DNA of 64,000 nt from Octopus sinensis (Eukaryota): the NCBI RefSeq assembly GCF_006345805.1, contig NC_042999.1:97836001-97900000 (forward strand), given 5' to 3'. The notes below the pieces were generated by a model. The model did no database searches. It saw nothing but the letters and a program-made list of their open reading frames with translations, and was not told the origin of the DNA. Positions 26,626-38,721 of this stretch are shown piece after piece (the first letter of the stretch is position 1; each line of letters begins with the position of its first letter). The position numbers were made by a program, and so were the translations under genes.

Positions 26626-27622
26626 TATTCGTTTTTAGTATTCTTGTTTGTGAGAGTAGTTGAATTTATTTCAGATATTCTCATTTTAAAAATCATCTCT
26701 GGCTAATCGTTCAGAGGACGTTGGTGTTGCCTGTACTTTCCCCAACTTTGAAACAGAGAAGAAGAATATTACCATTCTCGGAAAAGAGAAACAAAAGCTA
26801 AGCTTAAGCTGAAAATCAAAACTGAAGTGGGCAGCAAGGAATGTCAACGTTATTTTGATTGAAAGTATTATGAATAGTCTGGGTGAATAACAAGATGACC
26901 CATTCTGAACAAATTTTCTCAGCTTTGAAGTGATTTTGAAAACGAACATCAGTTTCAAGCGATATTCAAAACAAAATCATTTAATTGTATAGCTGTTACA
27001 AGTGAAGATGTAATTAAGACAATGATCGAAAAAAAAACAGCTTTTGTTGTTGTTATGTTAGGTGAGACTACAGACCTTCGAATGAAATCTTAACACGTTT
27101 TGCGATTTGCTGATGAGAAGGAAAGGCTTCAAGAAAGGTGTAGTAGATAAGTTGATGCCAATAAAGACAGAAAAGTTGCATCGCTGACTGAAGTTGTACA
27201 TTGTTATACACATTCACTTAATTCGGTAGTCTCTCAATCAGCTTAAAGAGTTTGTGAATATTGAATTTTGTTCCAAACTTTAAAAAGGATTTCGATTTTT
27301 TCTCAAAGTCGACGGCTTGAAAAGCCCCTACAGGATGAAATCGTTGGAAAGTGATTTCCAAAGTTACATGTACGTTTCTTGTGTCTTGCTAACTAATTCA
27401 AAACGGTGCATCGTGGGAGTGGGACTATTTTCATTTTCAGACACTCCATATCTCAAAGCGTATATAATACTACACTTTTCACGGCAAACGAAGGAGGGTG
27501 GAACACGTGGAACACCCCCTCCAGCATCAGGGGTGGGGAATGCATACCCTAGTTTCTTAGTCACCCCTCACCACTGATATACGTGTATATTTATATGTTA
27601 TGTATGTATGTATTACATAATA

Positions 27623-27682
<60 letters not shown>

Positions 27683-27706
27683 ATATAATATATAATATAT
27701 ATATAT

Positions 27707-30700
27707 AATCCTAAATCCTTAAAAATGTTTTAGCCCGAAGGCCGCGGCCATGCTGGGGCACCACCGCTGAATGAGCTACACTAGTTTGTGAATCCACCTC
27801 TGATACGTGGCACTTGATCAACAAGGGAGTTCGATGCTGCTGCCATGTCTCCTGTCGTGAGGTAGGTTCATCCGTGTCTCCTGTCGTGAGGTAGGTTCAT
27901 CTGGGACTCCCAACAAGAAGAGATCCAGTTTAGTTTTAAAGAAACCCACATCCACACCATGTAAGTCTCTCAGGCATTTAGGGAGGATGTTAAAGAGCTG
28001 TGGTCCTCTGAAACCAAGCTGTTGCAGTATCTGGACCTGTATTTTGATGGTGATGTTGGAATCCTTGGCACCACGCAGCGGCGCCCCGTTCTGCGGTTGG
28101 AGTAACTTTGAATGCCAAATTTTGGGACAAGACCCTCCAGGATTTTCAGATGTATATCACTGCATGCATATCTCTCCCGCCTCCGCTCCAGGGAGAAGAG
28201 GTTTAATACCTTCAGTCTTTCCCAGTAGCTGACATTTTGCATTGAGACGATTTTCTTTGTGTAGCTTCTCTGAGTTGCTTCGAGTTCAGCTGTTTGTTTT
28301 ATATTGTGTGGTGACCAAAGTTGGGAGCAGTAGTCCAAGCGGCTGAGGACGAATGTTTTCCATAGGACCATCAGTGTCTCCTTCTCTCTTGTTCTGAAAG
28401 TTCGGAGAATCCATCCAGCTAGCCGTTTGCATTTTATCACCAGATTAGCAATATGCATTTGGAAAGATGCATCATTGCTCATGTCAATGCCCAGGTCACG
28501 CACTGATTTTGACTCAGGGATTGCAATTCTTCCTGGGCAATGTATCCAGTCTTCACGTCATTTACCTTTGTGTGCCAGTAGCGCAGGCCCTGGAACTTAC
28601 CTGCATTAAACTGCATGTTGTTGTCCTCACCCACCTGTATATTGTGTCCAGCTCATGTTGCAGATGCGCAATATTTTCAGGGTTTTGTATTGCGTGGGAG
28701 ACTTTTGTGTCATCTGCATAGCTAGCAAGGGTGGTCATCGTAGCAACTGAAGGCATGTCTGAAAGGGCCACTATGAACATCAGTGGCCCCAAGACAGTGC
28801 CCTGTGGGACACCGCTTGTTATTTGCGTTTCCTTGGAGGTGGCTCCATTGCTCACAACTGCCTGTTTTCTGTCTTTTAGGAAGTTGTGCAGCCACTCTCC
28901 AAGTTTCCCGCCTATGCCGAGACCACGCAGTTTGTGACAGATCATACCATGGTCGACTTTATCAAAGGCTTTTGCAAAGTCGAGATATATTACATCCACA
29001 TTTGAGCCATTTAGTAGCTGTTTCAACACCCAGTCATAGTGTTGCAGGAGCTGTGTTAGGCAGCCTCTACCTGGTCGAAATCCATGCTGGGTGTCAGACA
29101 GTAAGTCATTTTCTTCAAGAACATGATTAGTTTCTTACGGACTATTCGTTCCATGACTTTGCTGATGTGTGAGGTCAGAGAGATAGGCCTATCATTTTTA
29201 GCATCTGCTCTGCTACCTCCCTTATGGATAGGGCATATTACCCCCTCTTTCAGTTTGACTGGGAGCTTACCACTTGCAAGAAAGCTCTGAAAAAGAAGCT
29301 GTAGCGGTTTTGCAAGGGCTCGTTTGCACGATTTGAGAAGGATCGCTGGGAATCCATCAGGTCCAGTAGCTGAGTTTGTGTCAATCTCATCAATGGCTAG
29401 TGTGATATCATCATCTTCGATGTTGATGTACTCAATTTTTGTCTCTTTGGCTGCTGGTAAAGTGGCAAAGAATTCTTCTGGGTTGTTTACTTGCCTGTGT
29501 CCTAGAGGTGTAGTGAACATACTTTGGAACTGTTCGTTCAGTATTTCACTTATCCTCGTGAGATTTCCTGTGAGAGAGCCATCTTTTTGGAAGAGAGGTC
29601 CTATTCTCTGGTGCACTGTGGCTGTCTCTTTGGCAAACTTAAAGAAAGCTTTAGGGTTTGATTTTCTATTTTCTATTACCCAAGCTTCTTTATCTGCTCT
29701 CTCCTTTTCATGGGACATGGGATGATGTAGACTTTTCTCAGTTTATTAGCATTCTTTCGAGCCGAGACTTCTCACCACTTTTGGTGTGCTTGCTCAGGCG
29801 GTTTGCAATCCTTGTCCGTCGTCTCATAAGAATCCTCCTTTCTCTAGGGATCCTGTTTTTGTTCTTGTGTGTGCTGGCCCTGCACATTGGGACATATTTG
29901 TCACATATGGCTTGTATTATGGACATGAAGTGTTTGTGTTTCATGTTTATGTCCGGTGTGGAGAGACATTCAGGCCAATCCTGTTTGAGGATCTCTTTCT
30001 CAATCGACTTCCAGTTGGCTTATGAAAGTTTAAGTTGGAGAGATGGTGGGTGCTTCGTATAGGCTGTGTGTCTGCGGGGGCTTTTGTTCCATACATAGAC
30101 AGCTCTATTATGTTGTGATCCAAGATCATTGTCGGCATCACATTAACATTATGGATAATATCCATATTGTTTGTGAAGCAGAGATCCAGTATATTATCTA
30201 CCCTTGTTGGTTGCAGAACTATTTGCTCCATGAAAGAGGCATTTGTGAGATGGAGCAGGGACTCCACCTGTGCCTGCTGATGGTGTGTCATCCCTGGGAG
30301 CATCTGCCCCCCAGGCCATTCCACATTGGGGAAGTTAAAGTCACCCATGAAGAAACACTGTTGTGCTGTTCAATGTTGGTGAGGACTTCTCCTATTTTTG
30401 TTAGGCAGTCTTCAAACATGCCTGAGTGTTTTGGGGCATCTGGTGGGCGATATGTAGTGCATATGACGATATTCAGTTGTCTTATGTGTACAATTTGAGT
30501 TTCACATACTGAGTTTGAATATGACAGCAGGACCTGGGGCGTGAGGTCATCTCGGATGTACATTGCAACTCCACCATGGCTCCTCCCTTTTCTATCTGTG
30601 CGTATGACTGCATATTGCGGCATGTGTATTTCTACATCACCTATATCGGGTTCAAGATGCGTTTCCGTGAGTGCCATGCATATAGCTTGATTGCATGTCA

Positions 30701-30877
30701 CAAGGTCTCTCAGGAATGAAATTTCCTTTTTACAGTTTCCGCGCAGCAGCCCTCCTACATTCAGTAGAAATATTTTTGTGGTGTGTGTGTTGGTGTTGGT
30801 GTCTGTGGTGGCCATCCTGCATCTGTTGGAGGTGGCCTTATGTGGTGGTAGTTCCAGCTTTGTGCTTGTAGCCAGGT
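27707..30877 (-). mobile_element. CR1/L2-group LINE, ORF2 (APE endonuclease + reverse transcriptase), frameshifted
   Basis: Colinear ORF pieces: LTETHL, RTDR..GGVAMY, YRPP (30288..30995); GDFNFP, PTR..NILDL, DHN (29947..30348); GPDG, RPISLTS (29056..29718); YLDFAKAFDKV, GVPQGTVLGP, YADDTK (28562..29029); RDLGI, WSPH, LERRRER (27970..28503). 3' UTR ends near 27707; (TA)n on both flanks. Confidence 0.95.
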
Positions 30878-30946
30878 ATATATATATACTTGTAAATACT
30901 TGTATATACTTGTAAATGTAATATGTGACAATTATTCGGTAGCCAT

Positions 30947-31008
30947 GATAAAACTCTCGAGTTTCGGATGCCGAGGTGGAAATCCACGCCGCCATCTCTT
31001 CAGTTATC
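30947..31008 (-). ncRNA. Type I hammerhead ribozyme motif
   Basis: Minus strand: GATAA-CTGAAGA-GATG...gtggatttccac...CATC-c-GAA-ACTC-ga-GAGT-T-TTATC; 5-bp helix I, one extra C before GAAA. Confidence 0.6.
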
Positions 31009-31028
31009 CGGCCATCGGAATATATATA

Positions 31029-31073
<45 letters not shown>

Positions 31074-31418
31074 CTATATATATATAATATATATATATCA
31101 GACACATATATTATTCTACCTCCCCTTCTCCCCCTCCTGTTTTTTTCTCACTTATCCTATCTCCAAATTTTTTCCTTTCCGCTTCACGGTTCTCTGTCTG
31201 TCACTCTCTCTCCATCACTCTTCCTCCCTTACTCACGTGGCTTCCACGTGACCACTGGCCGTCTTTCTTTCTTCACCTAACTTCTGTTTCTTTCTTCCTC
31301 TCCGTTGTAGTTGGATCAAGGGAGACGTGTTCGCGACGTTTTGTGGCGTTCTATTCCCACATATGCATATATATATGCGCATTGATGTAAGCATGTACAT
31401 ATATGTATGTATATATGC

Positions 31419-31471
<53 letters not shown>

Positions 31472-31615
31472 AAAGCAATAAAGATTCAAGTTAATTTAAA
31501 TGATTTACTTGAATAGGTACCTAACTTAGATGCACCAAAAAAAACTATACTGTTTTAACAATACAGTAATGTGGGGTGATTATAAGCGAGAAAGAAGCAA
31601 CAAGAATGGATAGGT

Positions 31616-31705
31616 TTTTAGTACAATCGTTTCATACAAGGACAGGCTTTATTAAAAGTTGCAAAAATTCAGCATATAAACGTGTCCCGTACTCATCAGC
31701 TAAAA
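31616..31705 (-). ncRNA. Type I hammerhead ribozyme with canonical core
   Basis: Minus strand: TTTTAG-CTGATGA-GTACGGGACA-[long loop]-TGTCCTTGTAT-GAA-ACGATTGT-A-CTAAAA; 6-bp helix I, ~10-bp helix II, near-palindromic helix III, GUA triplet. Confidence 0.8.
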
Positions 31706-31757
31706 CATGTGCGTTCTCATATATAGATATATATATATATATAATATAATATATATA

Positions 31758-31839
<82 letters not shown>

Positions 31840-32299
31840 GACAATGCCCTGCCACCATGTACATATAAACTTGATTACTTGGTATTAAAAAAATCCTTCT
31901 TTCCAGCTGATTAGCAGAAATTAATACACCAACACGAGGCAGTCTTTATATTATATCCTATCTTTATATCTTCTCTCGCCATTACAACGGATCATCACTT
32001 TTGAATTAGTCAGCCGTGAACCTCTAACTTACTCAAAGTACTTGTATTGTCTTCTCTAGAATCTCTGCCGGTATTTTTATTTATTTATTGTTTTAGTTTT
32101 TCTCATTTTATTATTTATATATTTATTTATTTATTTTAAAGGTTCTGAAAAGGTTCAAGATAAATACCAACCATTTAGATACTAAGCATCATAACAGAAT
32201 ATAAATATTTAGCTAATCATTGGCGGTGCCAATAATTTTTAAATGTCCTAATGAGGTTGGTTCAGCTGATATTCAGTTTGAACTTTTGTAGTTTTGTGT

Positions 32300-32500
32300 G
32301 TTTACGGGGACGTAAACACACCAGCATCGGTTGTCAAGCAATGTTAGGGGGACAAACACACACACACAAACACACAAACACACACACATAACACACACAC
32401 ACACACACAACCCACACACCGCACACAACACCCACCACACACACACAACACAAACACACAAACACACACACATAACACAACACACCAACACACCACACAC

Positions 32501-32531
<31 letters not shown>

Positions 32532-32725
32532 CCACCTATCTTATATATATATATATTATAGAACAGGCTTCTTTCACTTTCCGTCTACCAAATCCACTCA
32601 CAAGGCATTGGCGGCCCGGGACTAAGCAGAGACCCTTGCCCAGATGCCACACGCAGTGGGACTGAACCCGGAACCGTGTGGTTGTTAGCAAGCTACTTAC
32701 CACACACAGCCACTCCTGCGCCTAT
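32300..32725 (-). mobile_element. SINE family A lacking its 3' end, expanded internal (CA)n
   Basis: ttacggggacgtaaacacaccagcatcggttgtcaagc...gggactgaacccggaacc...cagccactcctgcgcc. Confidence 0.85.
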
Positions 32726-33624
32726 AATGTGTACATGGGCTATATAGATGGCCAACAACTGACCAAGCTGAAATATCCTCTGGTTCAAAAGGAGGGACAG
32801 TGCAACGCAATGATAAAGTTATTCGATCGCCATGACAGATTACTGGAGATTATAAGAGCCAGTCACTTGTTGCTAGTTTTATCTAAATGTTGTTTGTAAA
32901 CAGGAAGTGTGTAGCATTGCAAGACGTTTCCTAATAATAAAAAATCGATCTTTAAACATAGAATTTAGTGCTGGAGATATTACCTCTACAGTTACAGCGT
33001 TTTGCCATATTCCTGAACTAAATCACTAAGAGACTTGTACACACACAAAGATTTATCTTATTATCTGAACTCAATACTGAAATTCAATTAGAGGACATTC
33101 ACAACAAATGTCTATCCGCCATTTTAGTGTCGGCAACTGTTTAGATGAATGTACGTCAGCAACAGAGAGATATGCTATTGTCTGGCATATTCAATAATCA
33201 GAATTATAGTAGATATATATAGAAATAAATGAAAAGAGGAGATGAAAGGAAGAACGAAGGAGGAACGAAAAAGAAAGAAAGGAAAATGAAAATAGAAAGA
33301 AAGAAAGAAAGAAAGACAGAAAGAAAGAAAGGAAAAAAGAAAGAAAGAAAGAAAGAAAGAAGGAAAGAAAGAAAAATGGAAACGAAAAGCAAATTTATGG
33401 TAAATCTTAATCGAAACTTCAGGTTTCTTTCCTTTCTCCTTTCTCTTTACCTTTCATTCTTTCTAATTTTTCTTTCTATCTCCACTCGGTCAATTTGGCC
33501 CCCTTTACCTCTTTCATTCGCTTCCACATTTTTTCTCTGTCATTCTTTCCCTCTCTTTCTCACTCACTTCCCTCTTTCTCTCTGCCTCTCTCTACCCCTC
33601 TTTTCCTCTCTCTCTCTCTCTCTC

Positions 33625-33671
<47 letters not shown>

Positions 33672-34134
33672 CTCTCTTTCTCTATGTTTCACCTTATCTG
33701 TTTCATTTTTTTACCTTTCCTTTTTTGCTTTGTGTCGATGTTTCTATTCACCCTTTTCTATATTTTCATATCTAATCCTCTGTGTCACAATCCTTCTCTC
33801 TCTCTCTCTTTCTCTATCTCTTCTCCCCTCTCTCTCTCCTTCTCTCTCTCTCTCCCTCTCTCTCTCCCTCTCTTTCTCTCTCTTTCTCTCTCTCTCTCAC
33901 TCGCTCTCCCACTCTTTCACGCTCCACTCTATATATGTATGAATGTATATACATATACATACATATATATATATATTACTTATTGAATCTCACACGTATG
34001 CAGACATTCCTAAATATATTTTCCTAAATATATTTTTGTGTCTTTTTACCCTCTTTGCTTCCCTATCGCGCTTAAACTCCCCTTTACCTTGTGTATTCTC
34101 GTTCTTACTGCCTTCTCTCTCTCCCTCTCTCTCC

Positions 34135-34172
<38 letters not shown>

Positions 34173-35000
34173 TACATTCAAGCTATTTCTTCTCTCTCAC
34201 TCATATCTTTTTGTGTATTTATCAGTCTCTTCTCTTTTGAACTGTGGTTCACTCATCTCTACCTTTCCCCCTATCACGCTTTCACGCTCACTTTAAACTC
34301 TTCTTTCTATCCCTTACAATCCCGCCATCTTTCTCTTGCTTTTAATGCTCCTCTTCGCTTGATGCCTATCTATTTACTCATTTCCCCCTGATTTAAGCAG
34401 CCATTTATTTCACTGTAAATTGTGATATGCGCACTTTCCACTAAAGTAATGTCAGTGTCTCAGTAACAATAATAAGAATAAAGATAAAAATAAAAGTACA
34501 TGAAACATGTTCTACTTCCACTCAGCGTTCTACAGACGCCATATTGGATTATGGTGGAATTCCAACTATTTGCCTCTTTTTCATAAACCACCTTCCACAA
34601 TTCCAATCACTCGGGTGGGGAAGTATTGATATCCTGGTCGATGACATTGCTGGTGTTAGTGTGGGTGGCTAGGTTGACATTAAAAGAGGAACGGTGGCGG
34701 CGGCGGCAGCGGTGGATGTAGGGGCGTTAAATACAAACGATGTACGGCGTTTCTTCTCCAAGTAGAGGCTGGAAAAGAAAACGAGCTTCCCCATTCAAAA
34801 GTGGTTCTGAACAGACAATATAATTCAATAATCAAAGCATTATAGATTGCAGCGTGAGGAAAGTAGAGGGTGAGAGATAGAGGGAGAAAGAGAGATAGGG
34901 AGAAATGAAGGTTATAGAAATGTGAGGAATGGAGAAATTATAGATTGAGAAGCAGATAAATAAGGGAGAAGAGATTCAAACAGGAAAGGAGAATGTGTAT

Positions 35001-35036
<36 letters not shown>

Positions 35037-35455
35037 CGGATACGTGTGTGTACGTAGTATATGCGCCCGCGCGCGTGTAAATTACAAACCATATAAATAT
35101 GTCGGGTGAGCAAGTGCAAATCTGCATATTTGAATGTGCACTTGTGCTAGTTATGTTTCACATATTACTCTCCACCTTTGTGTGTGCATATGTGTGCGTA
35201 TGTAAATATATGCAGTTAAATATGTGTGTGCGTGCGTGTGAGAACGAGAGAGTCTACGTGTATGTGTGTATGTGCACATGTATGTGTATGTGTGTGTATG
35301 TGTGTGTGAGGGTGAGTGTGTATGTTTCTATATCTGTGCGAGACTATCTTACAAGGGTGAATTTTGTCAGTTTGTCTCAAACGTTTATATACGTGCAGGT
35401 GTACTTTGACTCTGTTACACTTCACAAGCACACTCGCATTAAACAGTCCCACTAC

Positions 35456-35526
<71 letters not shown>

Positions 35527-35844
35527 CATACATACATACATACATACATACATAGATAAATAGATAGATAGATAGATAGATAGATAGAGGAGAGAGACAG
35601 AGACAGAGACAGAGAGAGACAGAGAGAGACAGAGACAGAGACAGACAGACAGAAAGACAGACAGACAATCCTGGTCATGGCAGTTATACGCACATATATA
35701 CACAATACATACACATATATGTTCATACATATTCATTTCATGCATACATACAATTATAATTTACGCGTACGTATATATAATATATTTAATATAACATACA
35801 GTACGTGTGTATGTATGTATGTATGTATACACACACACATATAC

Positions 35845-35916
<72 letters not shown>

Positions 35917-38039
35917 TATATATATATTCATACATATATATGAAATATATTTATTATCGATGTTCAGTGACGCATATGAGAATGTTCTAATGCGCATAGA
36001 ACGTTAAACAAATGTGAGTCCAAACATTAGAACAAACAAGCCAGCAGTCTTTGTACCGTCTGTGTCGGTCAGAACTACTTTCATATTTCTAAGCCGTCAT
36101 TTTCATTCTGTTCTCCCCCACATCCTTTCTTTGGACTGTTTTGCTTCGCTTTGCATTACATGTCTTTATTTTTAAGTCTTTGTTTGCTTATTCGCCTACT
36201 AGTTAGCGTTTTTTTTGTTTTTTTTTTTCTTGCAAATACAACAATAATAGCAATGACAACAATGAGAGAAATAAGAGTTCAAGCTACGCATTAGTCATAT
36301 ATGCATATTCATAATGTATTGCTAGTTTCTCAAGCGTTCTCTAATATTCAGGTTATTATTTAAGTCTTTTTTGTGTGTGTTCTTTGAACAATTCTAGGAT
36401 TTGGGATTTAAAAATTTTTAGAATTGATATTTTCGATATTGAATAAAGTTTGTATTGTAGATAGGAACAAAGCAATTTGCAACTACTTTCATTTATTTAT
36501 TTATTTATTTATTTATTATTTTCTTTGTCGTTCATTTTTGTCGGCCACTTACAAACATGCACGACACGGGACGCACACACATGCACACGTGCATATGCAT
36601 GCATACACACATACATATTTATATGCGCGTGCGCATGTGCATGATGATCCTTCGTCGGTTTCTACGATGAGTGTTCTGCTGTTCGATGAGTATTCAGCTG
36701 TTCGATCAACTGAGTTATCCGCTCTTGAATTAGGTAGCTGAGTGCCCGCAGATACGTATAACCTTAAAGAAATTCTCAAACAGTATCAGTTTGACACAGT
36801 TCGTAACGAGGGTGGACCTTTGAAATTCAGGTAAAGTCCATCCGATTGGTTTTTCTACAGTTCCAGGCCACGCAATTTCACTCACAAAATTATGGGTCGA
36901 CCCAAACCTAGAGAAAATGACACTTGTTTAAGATGTTAATACAGTGGGAGTGAACACAGGACCTAGTGGTACAGAAACAAATTTCTTAATTAATCGGTGT
37001 TCGCGCGCATAAATATATATGAATGTGTTTTTGCGTGTATAATATCAAAATATTGCACAGAAGAACGACGAAGGAACATACGGAAAACACACAAAGGACG
37101 TGGACACGCCCCTCCTCATCAGTTATCGACCAAGACTTTTCACGATTTCGACGCCTTATCGATAATATTGTTCAGTTTGACGACTCAGCAGCAAAAACTG
37201 CTTAGGCATAAATGAGCGAGCATAAAGGATAGACTAAGGTAAGTACTAAAAAAAAAAAAAAAAAAAGGCATCTCAAGACCGAACGAAAAAAGGACAAGTT
37301 ATAAGGAGAACGGGAAATATATATAAAACGAAAAAGCAAGGTCGGTAGTGGAAAAATAAATATATAATGAACGACAGAAGTGTTTGTATACACAAATATA
37401 CATACACGCATATACATGTGCGTGTTTGTATGTATGTATGTATGTATGTATGTATGTATGTATGTATGTATGTATGTATGTGTACGTACTAGGAGTGGAA
37501 ATCGAACCGGTGAGTGTGTTAAGTAATTAAGGCACTAAAAGAGAATGACTTTCCCCAGCCACAATAATATACACACATGTGTGTGTGTGTCTGTGTGTGT
37601 ACGTATGTATGTAATACATATATATGTATATATGTGTGTATGTAGGTATGTATGTATGTATGTATGTATGCGCGTGTTTCTGTGTGTGTGTGCCTGTGTG
37701 TGCGCGTGTGTGCATGAATCCAGGTAGGCATGTGCGTATATAAATCCACTTCAATTGTTAATTATTTGAATTCTTCCTGTAAGGAAGAGGGTGGTTTCTA
37801 ACAAAGATACAAAACTTTATCCTTGGAATGTTGATAACAAAAGTAATGTCATATATTGAACATACGTGGTGTGTGTTCATAACACATACGAATCACCAGT
37901 GTGACACCTTATTGTATGTCCTGCCAGTCAAAGCTATCCTATAGCGATGAATCTAACAAGAATACAGACTCTTGTTCATAGAAATTAGCAAATAAAATAT
38001 TTGCTGATAAGTACTGATGTCTATTAAATATAAATCCCG

Positions 38040-38665
38040 TTAGGTGCTCACTGTGGGATGGATACGTCTATCGACTGTGTCCTTAGTGATAATTGCTCTG
38101 CTGCCCTTCTTTAACCTGGCTGGTAAGGAAGTTTTCCTTTGTCTGGTGGCTATGGCGAAAGAGGTTGTCTAATAGACGAAGCTGGAAAGTATGAAGACAG
38201 AGGCATTCCTTTTTGGTGGAGCCCTCATCAACTTTTTCAAATTTCATTTGAAAAGGAAAGTGACGCTAAAGAGAGAGGTTGTTGTTCTCGAGTGAATTCA
38301 TTGAAAAGTGGGCGAAAGTGACAGAAATGGTAAGAGTGGATGGCACCGCTCTACGGGTTAGACCTGTGAACCGGAGAACAGGAATTGGGTAAGGCAATTG
38401 CTCTTGGTGTTCAAGGAGAACTTGCATGGTGTGCTTCCTCGGTTGGCCCTAGAGCTGTTCCTGTATCAGGAGGATCGCAGCATAATCACTTTTTTCTTAA
38501 CTAATATATACTATGTATACTTCTCTCCATTTCTTTATATTGTATAACATGTATATTTTCTGCGTATTTTATTATATCATTCCATTCTATGTATATCCCC
38601 ACACTGTGCATTTTTGTATTGACCCCACCCTCGACTGTTGCCTTGGTGGTAAATAAATGAAATTA
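38040..38665 (+). mobile_element. L1/Tx1-like LINE 3' end, decayed
   Basis: Hand translation: GKEVFLCLVAMAKEVV**TKL...GALINFFKFHLKRKV...EFIEKW (** = TAA TAG, plausibly from TGG TGG), resembling a Tx1/L1 ORF2 C-terminus; followed by a T-rich 3' UTR, aataaa and an (ATT)n tail. Confidence 0.55.
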
Positions 38666-38670
38666 TTATT

Positions 38671-38715
<45 letters not shown>

Positions 38716-38721
38716 ATTATT

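Noticed and set aside
27110-27145. CTGATGA-GAAG-gaaagg-CTTC-aaGAAA as a hammerhead
   Set aside because: Two extra nucleotides precede GAAA and there is no helix III or helix I pairing; likely chance.
37108-37127. gataaCTGATGAgg (minus) hammerhead half motif
   Set aside because: No matching GAAAC or helix III was found downstream on that strand.
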